Assembly (NCBI RefSeq): GCF_006345805.1
Contig: NC_043007.1
Coordinates: 43,028,001 to 43,092,000 of the forward strand
DNA from: Octopus sinensis
Lineage: Eukaryota
Length of the DNA: 64,000 nucleotides
Direction of reading: 5' to 3'
Shown here: piece after piece, positions 1 through 11,331 of the stretch
Layout: every line of letters begins with the position of its first letter
How positions within the stretch are numbered: position 1 is the stretch's first letter
Translations under genes and position numbers: made by a program
The notes under the pieces: model-generated
Databases searched by the model: none
What the model was told of the DNA's origin: nothing
The model's input: the letters and a program-made list of their open reading frames with translations, nothing else

Positions 1-343
1 AATAAGCAATGACAGTTCTATTGGAGGTTTTCAGTTGCTTCTACTCTCCTAGTGCTATGAAACGAGCAGAAGAAATTTCTTGCAACACCAGACAGTCATG
101 GAAGAGAGCCAACATTGAAATTTTCCTTTCTTCAGGATGGATTCAAACAACACTACTCCTTTATTTTGACAAATTATCATTTAATGAGGAATGAGAGAAA
201 ACAGCAAAAAGTTTAAAAAAAGAAAACTGTCAGATTTCTCTGATGAAGAAGAGCATCAATCAAAATATGAAGAAAAGAAGATTCAGACTTTCACCACAAC
301 AATATAAAAAATATATAGATTTAAAAAAGATGATAAAGCTTAC

Positions 344-429
344 TTTAACATCCCTAGATCTTCATGAGACACATGAACTTTTTCTCGACAGCTAGCTTGC
401 CACCCTAATATACAGGTAAGTACTGAAAT
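344..429 (-). CDS. CELSR: CELSR exon, TM5-ICL3 (ISVLTCILGWQASCREKVHVSHEDLGMLK)
   Basis: ttctttctcag acceptor, gtaagc donor, 86 nt, phase 0 to 2. Continues the TM5 frame; ASC motif at the position expected in CELSR ICL3. Confidence 0.82.
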
Positions 430-1697
430 CTGAGAAAGAATAGTAGCAGATAATTAATAGGTATAAATAATTATGAACAGCATCACACACACATTTTAGG
501 ATTACATTTTAAGGTAGCATATTAAAAGACAATGGGAAAAATACTGAGTTTTCTCAATCTAAGTTCAGTATATAATTAAAAGCATAATGTTTAAAATTTA
601 ATGTTGTTCTGATTTTAATATTTTAATTTAGAAATTTTGAAATTTGGATGTTAAATTGACAGTGATTAATTAAGAGCACAACCTTAATTGAATTCCAATT
701 GCCAATTTAGGATAATTTACATATAAAAATAACACATATAATACATATAGTTGTTATCATGTGAATGGTCGATTATTTATGGAGAGAAAGTTATCAGAAC
801 TAATAAAATCCTCCCCACTAATACATGAAACATTCTAATGACTCAGGTTTTGCTGAGAAACTACCTTGAGGTTTTTTTTTTTTCAATTGTATTGATCTCT
901 TATTTGTTTTAATAAATCTCCATACATCGATGATATTGACAGAGGTGTTTATGAATGACAGAAATATTTATCTGTTTATTCAATCAACTACACTGCCTGC
1001 TTCTCCATACAAAAAAAAAAAAACGAAAACAAAAACAAAAAAAACCCCCAGAAGACATGAGTGTTTCTGAAGCGTATGTAAGGCATACAGAAGGGAGATA
1101 ACTTGTTTATCACAAAGCAGTGACTAAAACTTAATTTCTTTTGAAAATATAACGCCTGTTTTTTTTTTGTTTTTTTTCATAGTGTCTGAAAATAATGAGA
1201 AAGAATGGTACACACTGAAGTGGCTTTGAAATTAGATCCTTGATGCTGCAGGGCTTTTATTCCTGTCAGCACTTTGAAGTTTAAAATCGAAAGTCAATCC
1301 ATGCAATCCAATTCCACAGTGGCTCAGCAAGTGAAGATGGCTGTACTGATAGTAATAGGCTTTATATTTGAGTAGCCTTCTCCTCAGTGACTGCTTCACA
1401 AAGACAGAGAGCTCTACCTACCCTGAAGTTGTCAGAAATGTGTAAAAGAGGACAACAGACTGCCCGAGAGGCTCCACACTTTAATTTGCTGTTAAGGTTG
1501 ATTTCTCTAGCCTTTTCCTTTACTCACAAATAAAGGCTTGTGCTTGGAGTTTCTTCCATTACATGTTAATTAACCCATAACTGAGACTCTAACAGGTGTT
1601 ACTACTCTTGGTAGAGTAGACAGATGAAAACACAGTGGCTATGGATATATGTGCAATATTAACTGACAATAAAAGTAAAACAAAAAGAAAAACTTAC

Positions 1698-1764
1698 TAT
1701 CCATACTACAACAATAGGTCCAGCAAAGCTCCATATGAACATATTTTTGGTTGATAACCAGCAA
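1698..1764 (-). CDS. CELSR: CELSR exon, ECL2-TM5 (CWLSTKNMFIWSFAGPIVVVWI)
   Basis: tttcag acceptor, gtaagt donor, 67 nt, phase 2 to 0. CWLS...IWSFAGP motif. Confidence 0.95.
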
Positions 1765-1972
1765 CTGAAAGTAAAGTGCTCATATACATTAATTATGAAT
1801 TTGAATTGGGAACTTGAGTTGGATGAAATATTGGTTTCAAATTTTGGCAAAAAGCCACCAAGTTAAGGGAAGGGGCTATGTCAATTACATCAAGCCCAGT
1901 ATTCAAGAGAATCCATGAAAGTGGTGAAAAAAAGAGAGAAAAAAAACAGCAACCATGTTGAGAAATACTTAC

Positions 1973-2039
1973 AATTCAGCTGTTCCATATTGGTCTGTGT
2001 AAAGTCCTACAGCTAAGCCAACAATAATACCAGGAATAA
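1973..2039 (-). CDS. CELSR: CELSR exon, TM4-ECL2 (VIPGIIVGLAVGLYTDQYGTAEF)
   Basis: tttttcag acceptor, gtaagt donor, 67 nt, phase 1 to 2. Confidence 0.94.
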
Positions 2040-2490
2040 CTGAAAAAAATTATACAAATAAGAATAAACAAGACTTGTTTAAATAAATATTCAAAATTTC
2101 AGTCTATCGTTACAATATTTGTTAAGCAAGCAAGAAATAAAAAGATATAAGTAAGCACTAGAAATTTTTGATATTTAAAAAAAATTGTTTAATACACATT
2201 TTCAATGTTGGAATGAATAGATAGATGACATTTGAAGACTGTTGGTAGAATTTGTTATTCAGATGCATGAAAAACAAACAGAGGCAAGTAGAGTTATGTG
2301 ACTGACCCAGAAGGTCAAAATAAAAGTGACAATAAGGTTTGAACTGAGATTGAGAACCACAGAATGTTTCAAAAGATGATTTCAGAACTAATCTTTTGAC
2401 AATTTTTATAGAAGAGAATGTAAAAAGACAAATAAATAAATACATAACTACATGAATAAAAATAAATGACAAAGAGAGCAACAGACTTAC

Positions 2491-2644
2491 CAAAACCAAC
2501 AAGATAATAAAACTTCATTGAACCAGTATTTATATCACGTATTTCTGTTAACATACGGTAGATATGAAGTATTTCCACAAACAACCAAGCAAATGTACTG
2601 ATGAAGAAATAATGAAGGAAGATGGCAACAATGCGGCAGAGTAT
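2491..2644 (-). CDS. CELSR: CELSR exon, TM3-ICL2 (ILCRIVAIFLHYFFISTFAWLFVEILHIYRMLTEIRDINTGSMKFYYLVGF)
   Basis: ttatttcag acceptor, gtaagt donor, 154 nt, phase 0 to 1. LHYF...W.FVE.LH.YRMLTE motif. Confidence 0.96.
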
Positions 2645-3891
2645 CTGAAATAAAGAAATGAGGAATGATTATTCCAGGATTACTGCTTATTGATAAGGGA
2701 AACTAATATAAAGTGGAGTACATTGGATAGGCTTTTTTTTTCTATGTTAAGAGAACACATGATTTTGTACAGGTAGGTTTGACTGGTATGCTTAAGAAAT
2801 TCATTTCACAATCACATGTTTCCAGGTTTAATTCCAGTGAATGGCATGTTTGGCAAGTCTCTTCTCCTATAGCTTTGGAGTGACCAAACCAAATAATTTA
2901 TGAGAGAAATTTGTTAGATGGAAACTAAAGGATACTGGTGTGTGTGTGTGTGTGGAGGGGGAGAGGTTGTGCATGTGTATTTTCTAATATATTAGCTATG
3001 GAATATTAGTTTTAATCATATTTGCTCAATGTTCAGAAATGAGAAACTTTAAGTAGTGAATCAAGAGACTCAGTAGTGAATAATATAGTTTATGCTTTGT
3101 CAAGTACACATTGTCTAGTTGTTAAGGTGTTACACTCACAATCATGAAATAATGGTTTCAATCTTGGACCGGGTGGTAGTGCATTGTGTTCTTAAGAAAA
3201 ACACTTCATCTCACATTGCTCAGCAATCACTTTGACACCTGATGTGCGGTACACTGTGCACCTGCTCAGGCCATGTGTTTGTGTGTGGGTGTGTAGGTAA
3301 GTGAGAGAGTGAAGGAGTGTGTGTGTGTGTGTGTGCGCACATGTATGTAAACACCTTTAAGAGCCTTTGACATAAAATGCTGATACTTTTTACTAAACAA
3401 AATAAAAGCTGTTAATTTTGTAGGTTAGGTTAAATGTCAAGTTGCTGCTTAGTTCAGATTCTCAACTGGATGGGGGCACACACATAAAGCACAAGTACAT
3501 CAATGATAATTATGAAGTACAGAAAAGACAAACAAATAAACAATATAGGAAGTTTGAAAAGTATAAAAAACAACGAAGTGGAAAAGGCACAGAAATAGGA
3601 ATCAAAATAATAACAATGAAAGAAAGTGTACAAAGAAAAAAATTACACCAAATGAAAAGAATAGAAAAGGAATATTTCAGGTTATGCACTTTATCAAAGA
3701 GAAGTAAAAGGAAGAGATGTAGGAGACAAAGAAACTGAAATAATACAAATTCATGATGTCAGCTTACATTGTAGATAAAATGCATTTTAATGATTCATAG
3801 AAAACTGGTCTAATGGGGTGGAGGGGAGAGGGAGGAAGAGGAAAAGAGAGGAGAGGGAGGGAGAGAGAGAGATTGGAAAAGTTGAACTTAC

Positions 3892-4098
3892 TTCAGGTTT
3901 GGTCCGAGCAACACCAATAAGGAAGAAGAGCTCGGAGAGAAATATGGATATGATGAAATTGATTCGAATTGTGTTGCAATTTGTGTTCAAGTTTTTCAAG
4001 AGGAAAAATATAAGGAAAGCAAAGCAAAGGCATATCATGGATATAATGAGCCCAATGTAGGTAATTGCTTTCAACTGAATGGCATTGGTTGGTACATA
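3892..4098 (-). CDS. CELSR: CELSR exon, TM1-TM2 (YVPTNAIQLKAITYIGLIISMICL...LFFLIGVARTKPE)
   Basis: tttacag acceptor, gtaagt donor, 207 nt, phase 0 to 0. Two hydrophobic helices of secretin-type 7TM. Confidence 0.94.
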
Positions 4099-4827
4099 CT
4101 GTAAAGAAAAACAAGTAAAACCAAGAATCATAAATTTTACTTTTAAAATTCCATATAACTTACCATATATGCTGGTGTAGAAGACAAGCTTCTTTTATTC
4201 TTAAAAATAACAAAAAATTGCCCAGCATCTGAATTGATAGTATTACAGATGAGATACTGAGTGCAAGATGGAACATTTTAAATTTCCTCTTTTTCTAACA
4301 AAATTTTTTTTTTTCTCAAGAAGTAGTGGTTTGTGTTTTGCAAGAGTGCATCTTTACACACCAGCAAATTTAGTAAATAAATTTGTGCCAGTCTCTTATA
4401 ACAAGGGAGATAATCATTTCTTCTGCTGTGTCTGGGTAGAGTCATTTTCTTTTGGTGCCTTATAATTTAACACACTCACCGGTAGAATTTCCACTTATTT
4501 CTTATTTTTATTTTCCTAAAATTTTCGTTGTGTCTTGTAACCTTTTGAATAGTGTGTTAAATTATGAGGCACAAAAAGAAAATAACTTTCCCCAGACACA
4601 ACAGAATATGTTTCAACACACAAACTCACATAAAGAATCTTGCAAACCAAATCAAAAAACGAAAAAATCATTTCTTCATAAAACTTGAAATAATTCTTTT
4701 TCTTCAAAGTGTATGCAACCTTTTTATTTTAAGTATACATAAAATATAAATTTCCTGGTAAAAATTCTTGGAAGAAAGCAATGTCCAAGTTGTAATTTTT
4801 AAAACATGTTTGTCATAATTTAGATAT

Positions 4828-5063
4828 AACTAGCACAATGACCCGGGCATTTTGATTGGGTTTTAGATAGAAAATTCACAAAAAAGTCACTTCTATTGAT
4901 TTTTTAATGGCTTTGCGGGGTGACTGGAGAAATGTAAAATGTGCACGACCACCCTTGGACGGTTTTGAATGACCATAGAAAGTGCGAGCCCTCTAACTGA
5001 AAAATTGTGGATTTGTATAAAGGACACACACACAGACATGTTGCCGTTTATATATAGAGAGAT
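4828..5063 (+). mobile_element. Helentron-associated (HINE/DINE-1-like) non-autonomous element
   Basis: 5' aactagc...gacccggg, internal CA microsatellite, and 3' tttatatatagagagat. Confidence 0.5.
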
Positions 5064-6117
5064 TTAAGTGAGTGAGATTATATATTTTATCCTTTAATTA
5101 GTTTATTTTGCAAAATGTATTATTTCTTAAATGTTTGATTATATTCTTGAAAGAAAGAAATTTTGTACAAATGAATTACACAAATACAGTCTTCTCACTA
5201 CAATTCATTGTGTTATCTTCATATTTTATTTTATAGCTTTAAATCTTCAATACTTTTTTTATTTGAAGTTAGCCAGCTCTTGAAACTAATTACTTCTAAT
5301 TCTCTGATGAAGCAGAATTATGACCAAAAGTATTACACCTTGTACTTACTTGCTTTTTTGTTTTTATTTTAGTTTTGCTTTCCAAACGTAATATATCTAA
5401 GATAACATGAACCAATGAGTCTGTTTCATTTTAAGATGAAAGAATATAATTTGGAAAAGATCTGACTGTTCTTTCTAATAGATTGACCTACCTTAGAAGG
5501 ACACCATGAAGCTATTGCAGTGTTCTTTCAAACAAAATGTGTAATTTCACTTGTTTGACTGACAATAGTTTCTCCTCCTATTTCACAGTGAGGTGGTTAA
5601 CCACACCTAACACTTGTGTACATTTAACAGAGTTCACTTTTGCAAGCATCCTAATTCAGTTCTAGAGAATACCCAGGAGAATGATTGGATGGTCACTACT
5701 GGAACACCTTTTAATCATAGGTTTTCTCAGTCAGGGCTAACCTGGAGCTAAACAACAATAATAACCACATTCTATTCCTTTAACTGTAACTGAAATAACA
5801 TCTCTCTCTCTCTCTCTCTCTTGGTCCGTCATCATTCCTACTATGCCTCACTTCCCAAACTCAACATTAAGCACTTTACTCAGTTCTTCTTCTCCACAAT
5901 AATATCCCTCTAAAATTCTTTCCTGTCTACATTTACATCAAAGTACCCACTTATAGAAGTTGAACATCAATAATATTAACCCCACAAACCCAATCCCATA
6001 TTCAGTAGGACCAATAAAGGTCATGAGTGTCACCAATCTTCCTTGCTGCAACCAAATAATATTATAGTAAAAATTTAAATAAAAAATGTAAGACTGTACC
6101 CATGCTACATAGAAGAA

Positions 6118-6157
<40 letters not shown>

Positions 6158-7639
6158 CAGTAGTACATATATCTGAAAAAGAAGCACATTCTAAATCATC
6201 AAGAGCAGTAGTATATTTAAAAGAGTGTTATGGCTGGTCAGAGAGCGACTATCAGTTTTGCACCTATAAAGCGCTTAGTTGTATAGATGATTCATCAGAT
6301 TCAAATGAATGGAAGTTATATGCCCCTAGCCATGTGAGTTTGATGAGTCACCAGTACTGCTAAGTGCTTTAAAGGCACAAAACTGATGGTCACTCTCTGG
6401 CCAGCCATAACAAACAACCTTACATATATATATATATATATTATATATATATATATTCAACTGATATTTTCTTTAAATAAATATTAATACACTTAATGTA
6501 GTGAGGAAAAAAATTGTTCACTAATTAAGGCTCCCCCCTGTCATAAAATGCTTGAATCTGATGACAGCAATTAATACAATTAGAATTACAATTGCAATGA
6601 GAGTCAAGGAAAGAAAACATTAACACAAACATTCGTACTAATTAAATATGATCATCAGCAAACACACCAATAACTCCAGACCTACTAGTTTTTTTCCATG
6701 GGACTAACTCACCCCACCACTGCATATTGGATGTAACATCGCACATACCCTAACACTATCTTTGGATAATAGCTTTAATTTGTCACCCTGTTTAACACCA
6801 ACACCTGGCCTTTGAATGCCTTTAGTAGAACCCACCCTGTTGCAAGCGATCAGAATAGGTTTCTGGTTTGCAAATAACTAACTCCCTTCCATTTTAAAGT
6901 TGATGAAACTGTCTTGCTTCCCCTGACAAAGTGATTTTTAAAAAAACCTAATCTGTCGTGTGATAAAAGTAAGTATGTAAAATGATTGGTACATATAAGG
7001 ATAGATAAAAGTAACCTTATTACCATTATCTGCTATATTTCTATTCAGTAATTGATGTAATATTTAGAAGATATTGCTTTTGAAGTTGTTTTCCCTTTCT
7101 ACATACAAATATTTGCAACTAAGTGGATTCTTCTAAAAGTGCTCAAAGTTCCACATGGGGCCAGATGGCAGGTTAAGTCTAAAACAAATACTACAAAGCA
7201 TCTGATCCAACATTCTTGCCATTCTGCCAATCCTCTGCTCTGGATTGTTACTTTCCAATCAACTCCAAAAGGATGAAAGGCAAAGTTGATCCTGACAGAA
7301 TTTGAACTCAGTGTAATGGGAGCCAGAACAAATACTACAAAGCATTCTCATCTGATGCTCTAACATCTCAACCAAATAGCTACCTGGTTAACAGACTTTT
7401 GAGGTAAGTATAGAGAGGGATAGCTCAAAAATATCTCTCATATTTTTTTACTGTCAAAGGGTTATCAGAAGGAACCACTCATCAAAAAAAATTCCAGTCA
7501 TAAAACATTGTTCTTAACAACAAATCCAAGAACTAATCCAACAAAGGAATCACTACATGGTTATTCAACCTGCTACAAATAAGTCAAATTTTCCTTAAAA
7601 CACACTTGACCATCTAAAAAAAGGAATGATATATTGAGA

Positions 7640-7960
7640 AGGCACATGGCTCAGTGGTTAGGGTATTTGGCTCACGATTGTAAGATCATGAGTTTGATAT
7701 CTTGGTGCATTGTGGCCTTGAGCAAGTTACTTTATTTCATGTTGCTTCAGTCCACTCAGCTGGCAAAACTGAGTTGTATCAGTATTTCAAAGGGTCAGCC
7801 TTGTCACTTTGTATCACACTGAATCTCCCTAAGAACTACATTATGGATATGTGGATTTGTGGAATGCTCAGCTACTTGCACGTTAATTTCACGAGCAGCT
7901 TGTTCCATTGATCAGATCAACTGGAACACTCATCATTGTAACTGACAGAGTGTCTATAGA
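7640..7960 (+). mobile_element. tRNA-derived SINE, family B (CORE/V-domain-like ttgagcaag..actttatttca..ttgct.cagt.cactcagctg)
   Basis: Head ggcacatggctcagtggttagg. Related copies at about 3120, 11920(-), 28435(-), 36480(-), 46465 and 48900(-). Confidence 0.75.
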
Positions 7961-8377
7961 AAACATTGGATAATATAGCCTTACATATACTCTCTAAGAT
8001 TGGACGGTCATGGTTGGGTACATTTGTCAATAGGTCTGTTCATTCAGAGAAAATTGCAACATAAGATAGCGTAAACAAGTAAAAACAGAAAGAAAATGAT
8101 TGCAAGAAACTCAGTAGATTAGAAAACTTGCTAATCAAGTAATTATATTTTACTTTAACATTTTTTAGTAAATATTTTATTGTTTTATTATTTTTCACTG
8201 CCATCATGGTTTGGATTGTTTAAAAAGATAAAAAAATCTACAATTTCAAGGTAATCTTTTACATATAAATAGACTGACACAATTAAAATAATGTCTCAAC
8301 TAATGGGATCCAAGGAAATTCCACATCTTATAAATGTTCTTGTATGTATTTGGATGAATAAATTTGTAGATCTACAT

Positions 8378-8612
8378 CAGTGGTTTTCAACCCCTATGGA
8401 CCCCTTTCATTCCTATTTTACTTTACTGGACCCTAATAAACATGATATTTTAAAAAGTTCCATTATATTTTTATAATTAAGTATCATAAGGAATTATATA
8501 AAAAAAATTATTGAAATAATTTGTTTATTCTAGAAGCATAACCAGTTATTTGCACAGAAATGTTAACAGCGAAATCTTATGTGGACCCCTAAGGGTCATG
8601 TGGACCCTGATT
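8378..8612. mobile_element. hAT MITE copy, same family as 27908-28167 in opposite orientation, one end missing
   Basis: Starts cagtggttttcaacc and aligns with the reverse complement of 27908-28167 (e.g. agaag.ataacca.ttattt and ggtcat.tggaccctg). Confidence 0.65.
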
Positions 8613-10526
8613 TACATAATAATGTATTATGCATATTAAGGAAGCAAATGAGAGAAAGAGAACTAAATGTGCTAAGCTGGTGGAGCTATACCAAAACAAT
8701 TAGTGGCAAGTTAGGTGTGAGCTTATTGAGGTGAGATGTAGAGGATTTGCAGGCCAGTCTCTCTAAAGAGCCTACAACATACTGGGCATCACACACAATA
8801 AGGCTTCTGCACAATTTCCATCAATCAAATTCATTCACAAGACATTGGCTGACCCAGGGCTATAGTAGAAGACACTTGCCCAAGTAACTGTGCAGTGAGA
8901 CTAAACCTGAAACTGCGTGGTTGTTAATCAAACTTCTTAACCACAAATCCATATATAAGATAATTATGAAAATTTTAGTACTTCATTAATATTTGTAGGT
9001 ATTAGTAAATTTTTATGATTAAAGCATGCTCAAGTTTTAGTCAAAAAGCCAGAAAATATAGACTAAGAAAGGTTTATATAGATTATTTTATTTGCTTTAA
9101 TAATGATATATTACAAAATAATACATTTTGTAACATGATTCTTTATTGAAATACACTGAAGTTGATGATTGAAAATATTTTCATTTTGGCATGCTTGATT
9201 ATAAAAAATATAAACTAAATTTTGCAATTAGATTTTCATTTAATTTGAATAATCAATATTTTCATTTATTCTGCATCATCAAACAGTGATGGCTACTGTA
9301 GTGTTTTTCAAAGTCAGAGAAATTTACTGAATTTGAACAACAGCCAGATTTACAATGCTAACAAGAAGATTGTAACACTGATAAAATAAATTATCAAAAT
9401 ATAATATATAAGAATAAATTTAACTTCAAGTGAAACTCTTAAAAATATATAACTTTGTTTATTATAACTGAAGATAAAAATATATAAAAAGATAAAGCAG
9501 TTGAAATACACTGTTTCTTGGAATATAAAAAAATAACATGAAAGAGGTTGATCATTAAGTTCAGATTCTTTCAGAAACTCAGTGAGCTCCTTACTTAGTA
9601 AAGATTTCCAAAAATAGCCAAAAGTTATTGGACTCTATGCTCCCTTAAATTTACCAACACTACTCTTGACATGCTTATACACCCTTTCCTCTTTATGGCT
9701 CTTTTACTTTTCACTTTTCTGTCTTTTTAAGTTTTATTCTGTGTACTATGCATGAATTTTTGGTTCCCATTGCTGTCTTTCATTACTTGACTTATTGCTG
9801 CTCTGTCTTCAGTTTTATCTTTTTCCAAATAGTTGTAGTGCACCTGAGTATTGTATACATAAGCTCGTTATTATAATAGCACAATCCCAGCAAATCCAAA
9901 AATGAACAAAAGAAATCCAGAAAGGAATGAAAGGTGTATTTAGATGTGTGTCACAGCTACATATAGCCTTGTCAAAGTTGGTTATCACATTATATTAGAT
10001 TGTGGGACAGTAATGAACTAATAAAGTAAATATAGAAATAGATGGGTTAAATATTAACTATAAATGCCCACTAATAAAAACAAATATATGGACAGGTTTA
10101 GCCATAGCAGATGAGTTATATCAAAGATAAATGTATAAGAATACTTACTGAGATAAAACTATATGGTTCAAATCTTACTTAGAATATTATTCTTTTGGGG
10201 TGGGCAAAAATTATAATAATTGGGACAAAGAGTAAAACTGAATAAATGCTACTGAAAAAGAATGATTAAAATTACCCTAATAACAACTTAGTGATGCTCT
10301 GCCCCACCTGAAGAAAACTTAACAAAATTTATTTAGACAAGCAAAATGGCTCCAGTCAACAATAAAGAGTTTTAAAAGCTAAATTGTATTCTTTGTTGTA
10401 TCATGATGGCTTTTTCTTTTTTTTTTTTTACTTTGATGATGTTTTACATTGGTTGCAATTTGGACTCCTGGAAAGACCATTAAAGTGAGAAAGAAGTAAA
10501 TTTCAAAGGAAAGCATATTACCCTAC

Positions 10527-10659
10527 CTCAATGTCACTCATGTCCATGAGAACAGCATAGGTACTAAGATGTGAGCAGGAACAGACCACATAATTGTCTT
10601 CATTCAGCTGAAAATGGTCAGTCATCTCACATCCTTTCCTTGACCAATATCCATTTAAC
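10527..10659 (-). CDS. CELSR: CELSR exon, GPS motif (LNGYWSRKGCEMT...VCSCSHLSTYAVLMDMSDIE)
   Basis: tatttgtag acceptor, gtaggg donor, 133 nt, phase 2 to 0. Canonical GPS W..GC...CxCxHL-S/T. Confidence 0.96.
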
Positions 10660-10789
10660 CTACAAATAACATTAAAAAAAGCAATAAGAGAAAATTAGAA
10701 AGAATCACAAAATATTATTACCAAAAAGATGAAGAAAACGATTCTTTAAATATGCTAAGCCACTGGTTTTAATTGATTAATATCAATTT

Positions 10790-10998
10790 CTACCCTCATT
10801 TGTGACTGCGTGTGTACCGTTGACGATTTTTTTTTCCTCTGTCTTCCCTTCTCTGGATCTTTCCTTCTCCTATGTTTCCTACGAAGAGTTCCGCTCGAAA
10901 CGTTAAACCCTTCTTCTTTCCTTCGCGTCCAATAATACTATATTTGTTCCACGTCCTCACGTTGTTGTGTTTTTTTGTGCTTTCCTGTTTGGATTAAC
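10790..10998 (+). mobile_element. Penelope-like terminal fragment with a degenerate minimal hammerhead motif
   Basis: Pyrimidine-rich PLE-like tail. Contains gttt-cctacga-a-gagt-tcc-gctc-gaaacgtt-aaac at 10874-10908, followed by (TA)n. Confidence 0.55.
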
Positions 10999-11049
10999 TA
11001 TATATATATATATATATATATATCCACACACACTCACACCTACACTTAC

Positions 11050-11226
11050 CCACGGTTGAACGGTTGCCAATAAACACATTGAGGACTTGTTCTGTTATGG
11101 TTAACAAGCTGCTTAAATGTAATATTTATTGGTTCGGATGTGTGACCTGTAACATGATGTTGCTGGTTCTGTAGAATGAGACTAATAATAGGAGTGCTGA
11201 TAGCCATTGGTCGATCAGGTATTCTT
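11050..11226 (-). CDS. CELSR: CELSR exon, GAIN (RIPDRPMAISTPIISL...PINITF...SPQCVYWQPFNRG)
   Basis: attacag acceptor, gtaagt donor, 177 nt, phase 2 to 2. PxCVYW marks the start of the GPS. Confidence 0.93.
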
Positions 11227-11229
11227 CTG

Positions 11230-11245
11230 TAATAATAATAATATT

Positions 11246-11296
<51 letters not shown>

Positions 11297-11331
11297 CAAC
11301 AATAACAATAATAATGATAATAATAATAATA
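11230..11331. repeat. (ATA)n/(ACA)n microsatellite abutting the acceptor of exon 11050-11226
   Basis: Direct reading. Confidence 0.95.

Noticed and set aside
1-340. Next CELSR exon (TM6)
   Set aside because: No phase-2 acceptor followed by a hydrophobic TM6-like frame was found; the exon probably lies beyond the window start.
3442-3738. 98-aa Lys/Arg-rich + strand ORF
   Set aside because: It arises from A-rich intronic sequence antisense to a polypyrimidine region, with no domain signature.
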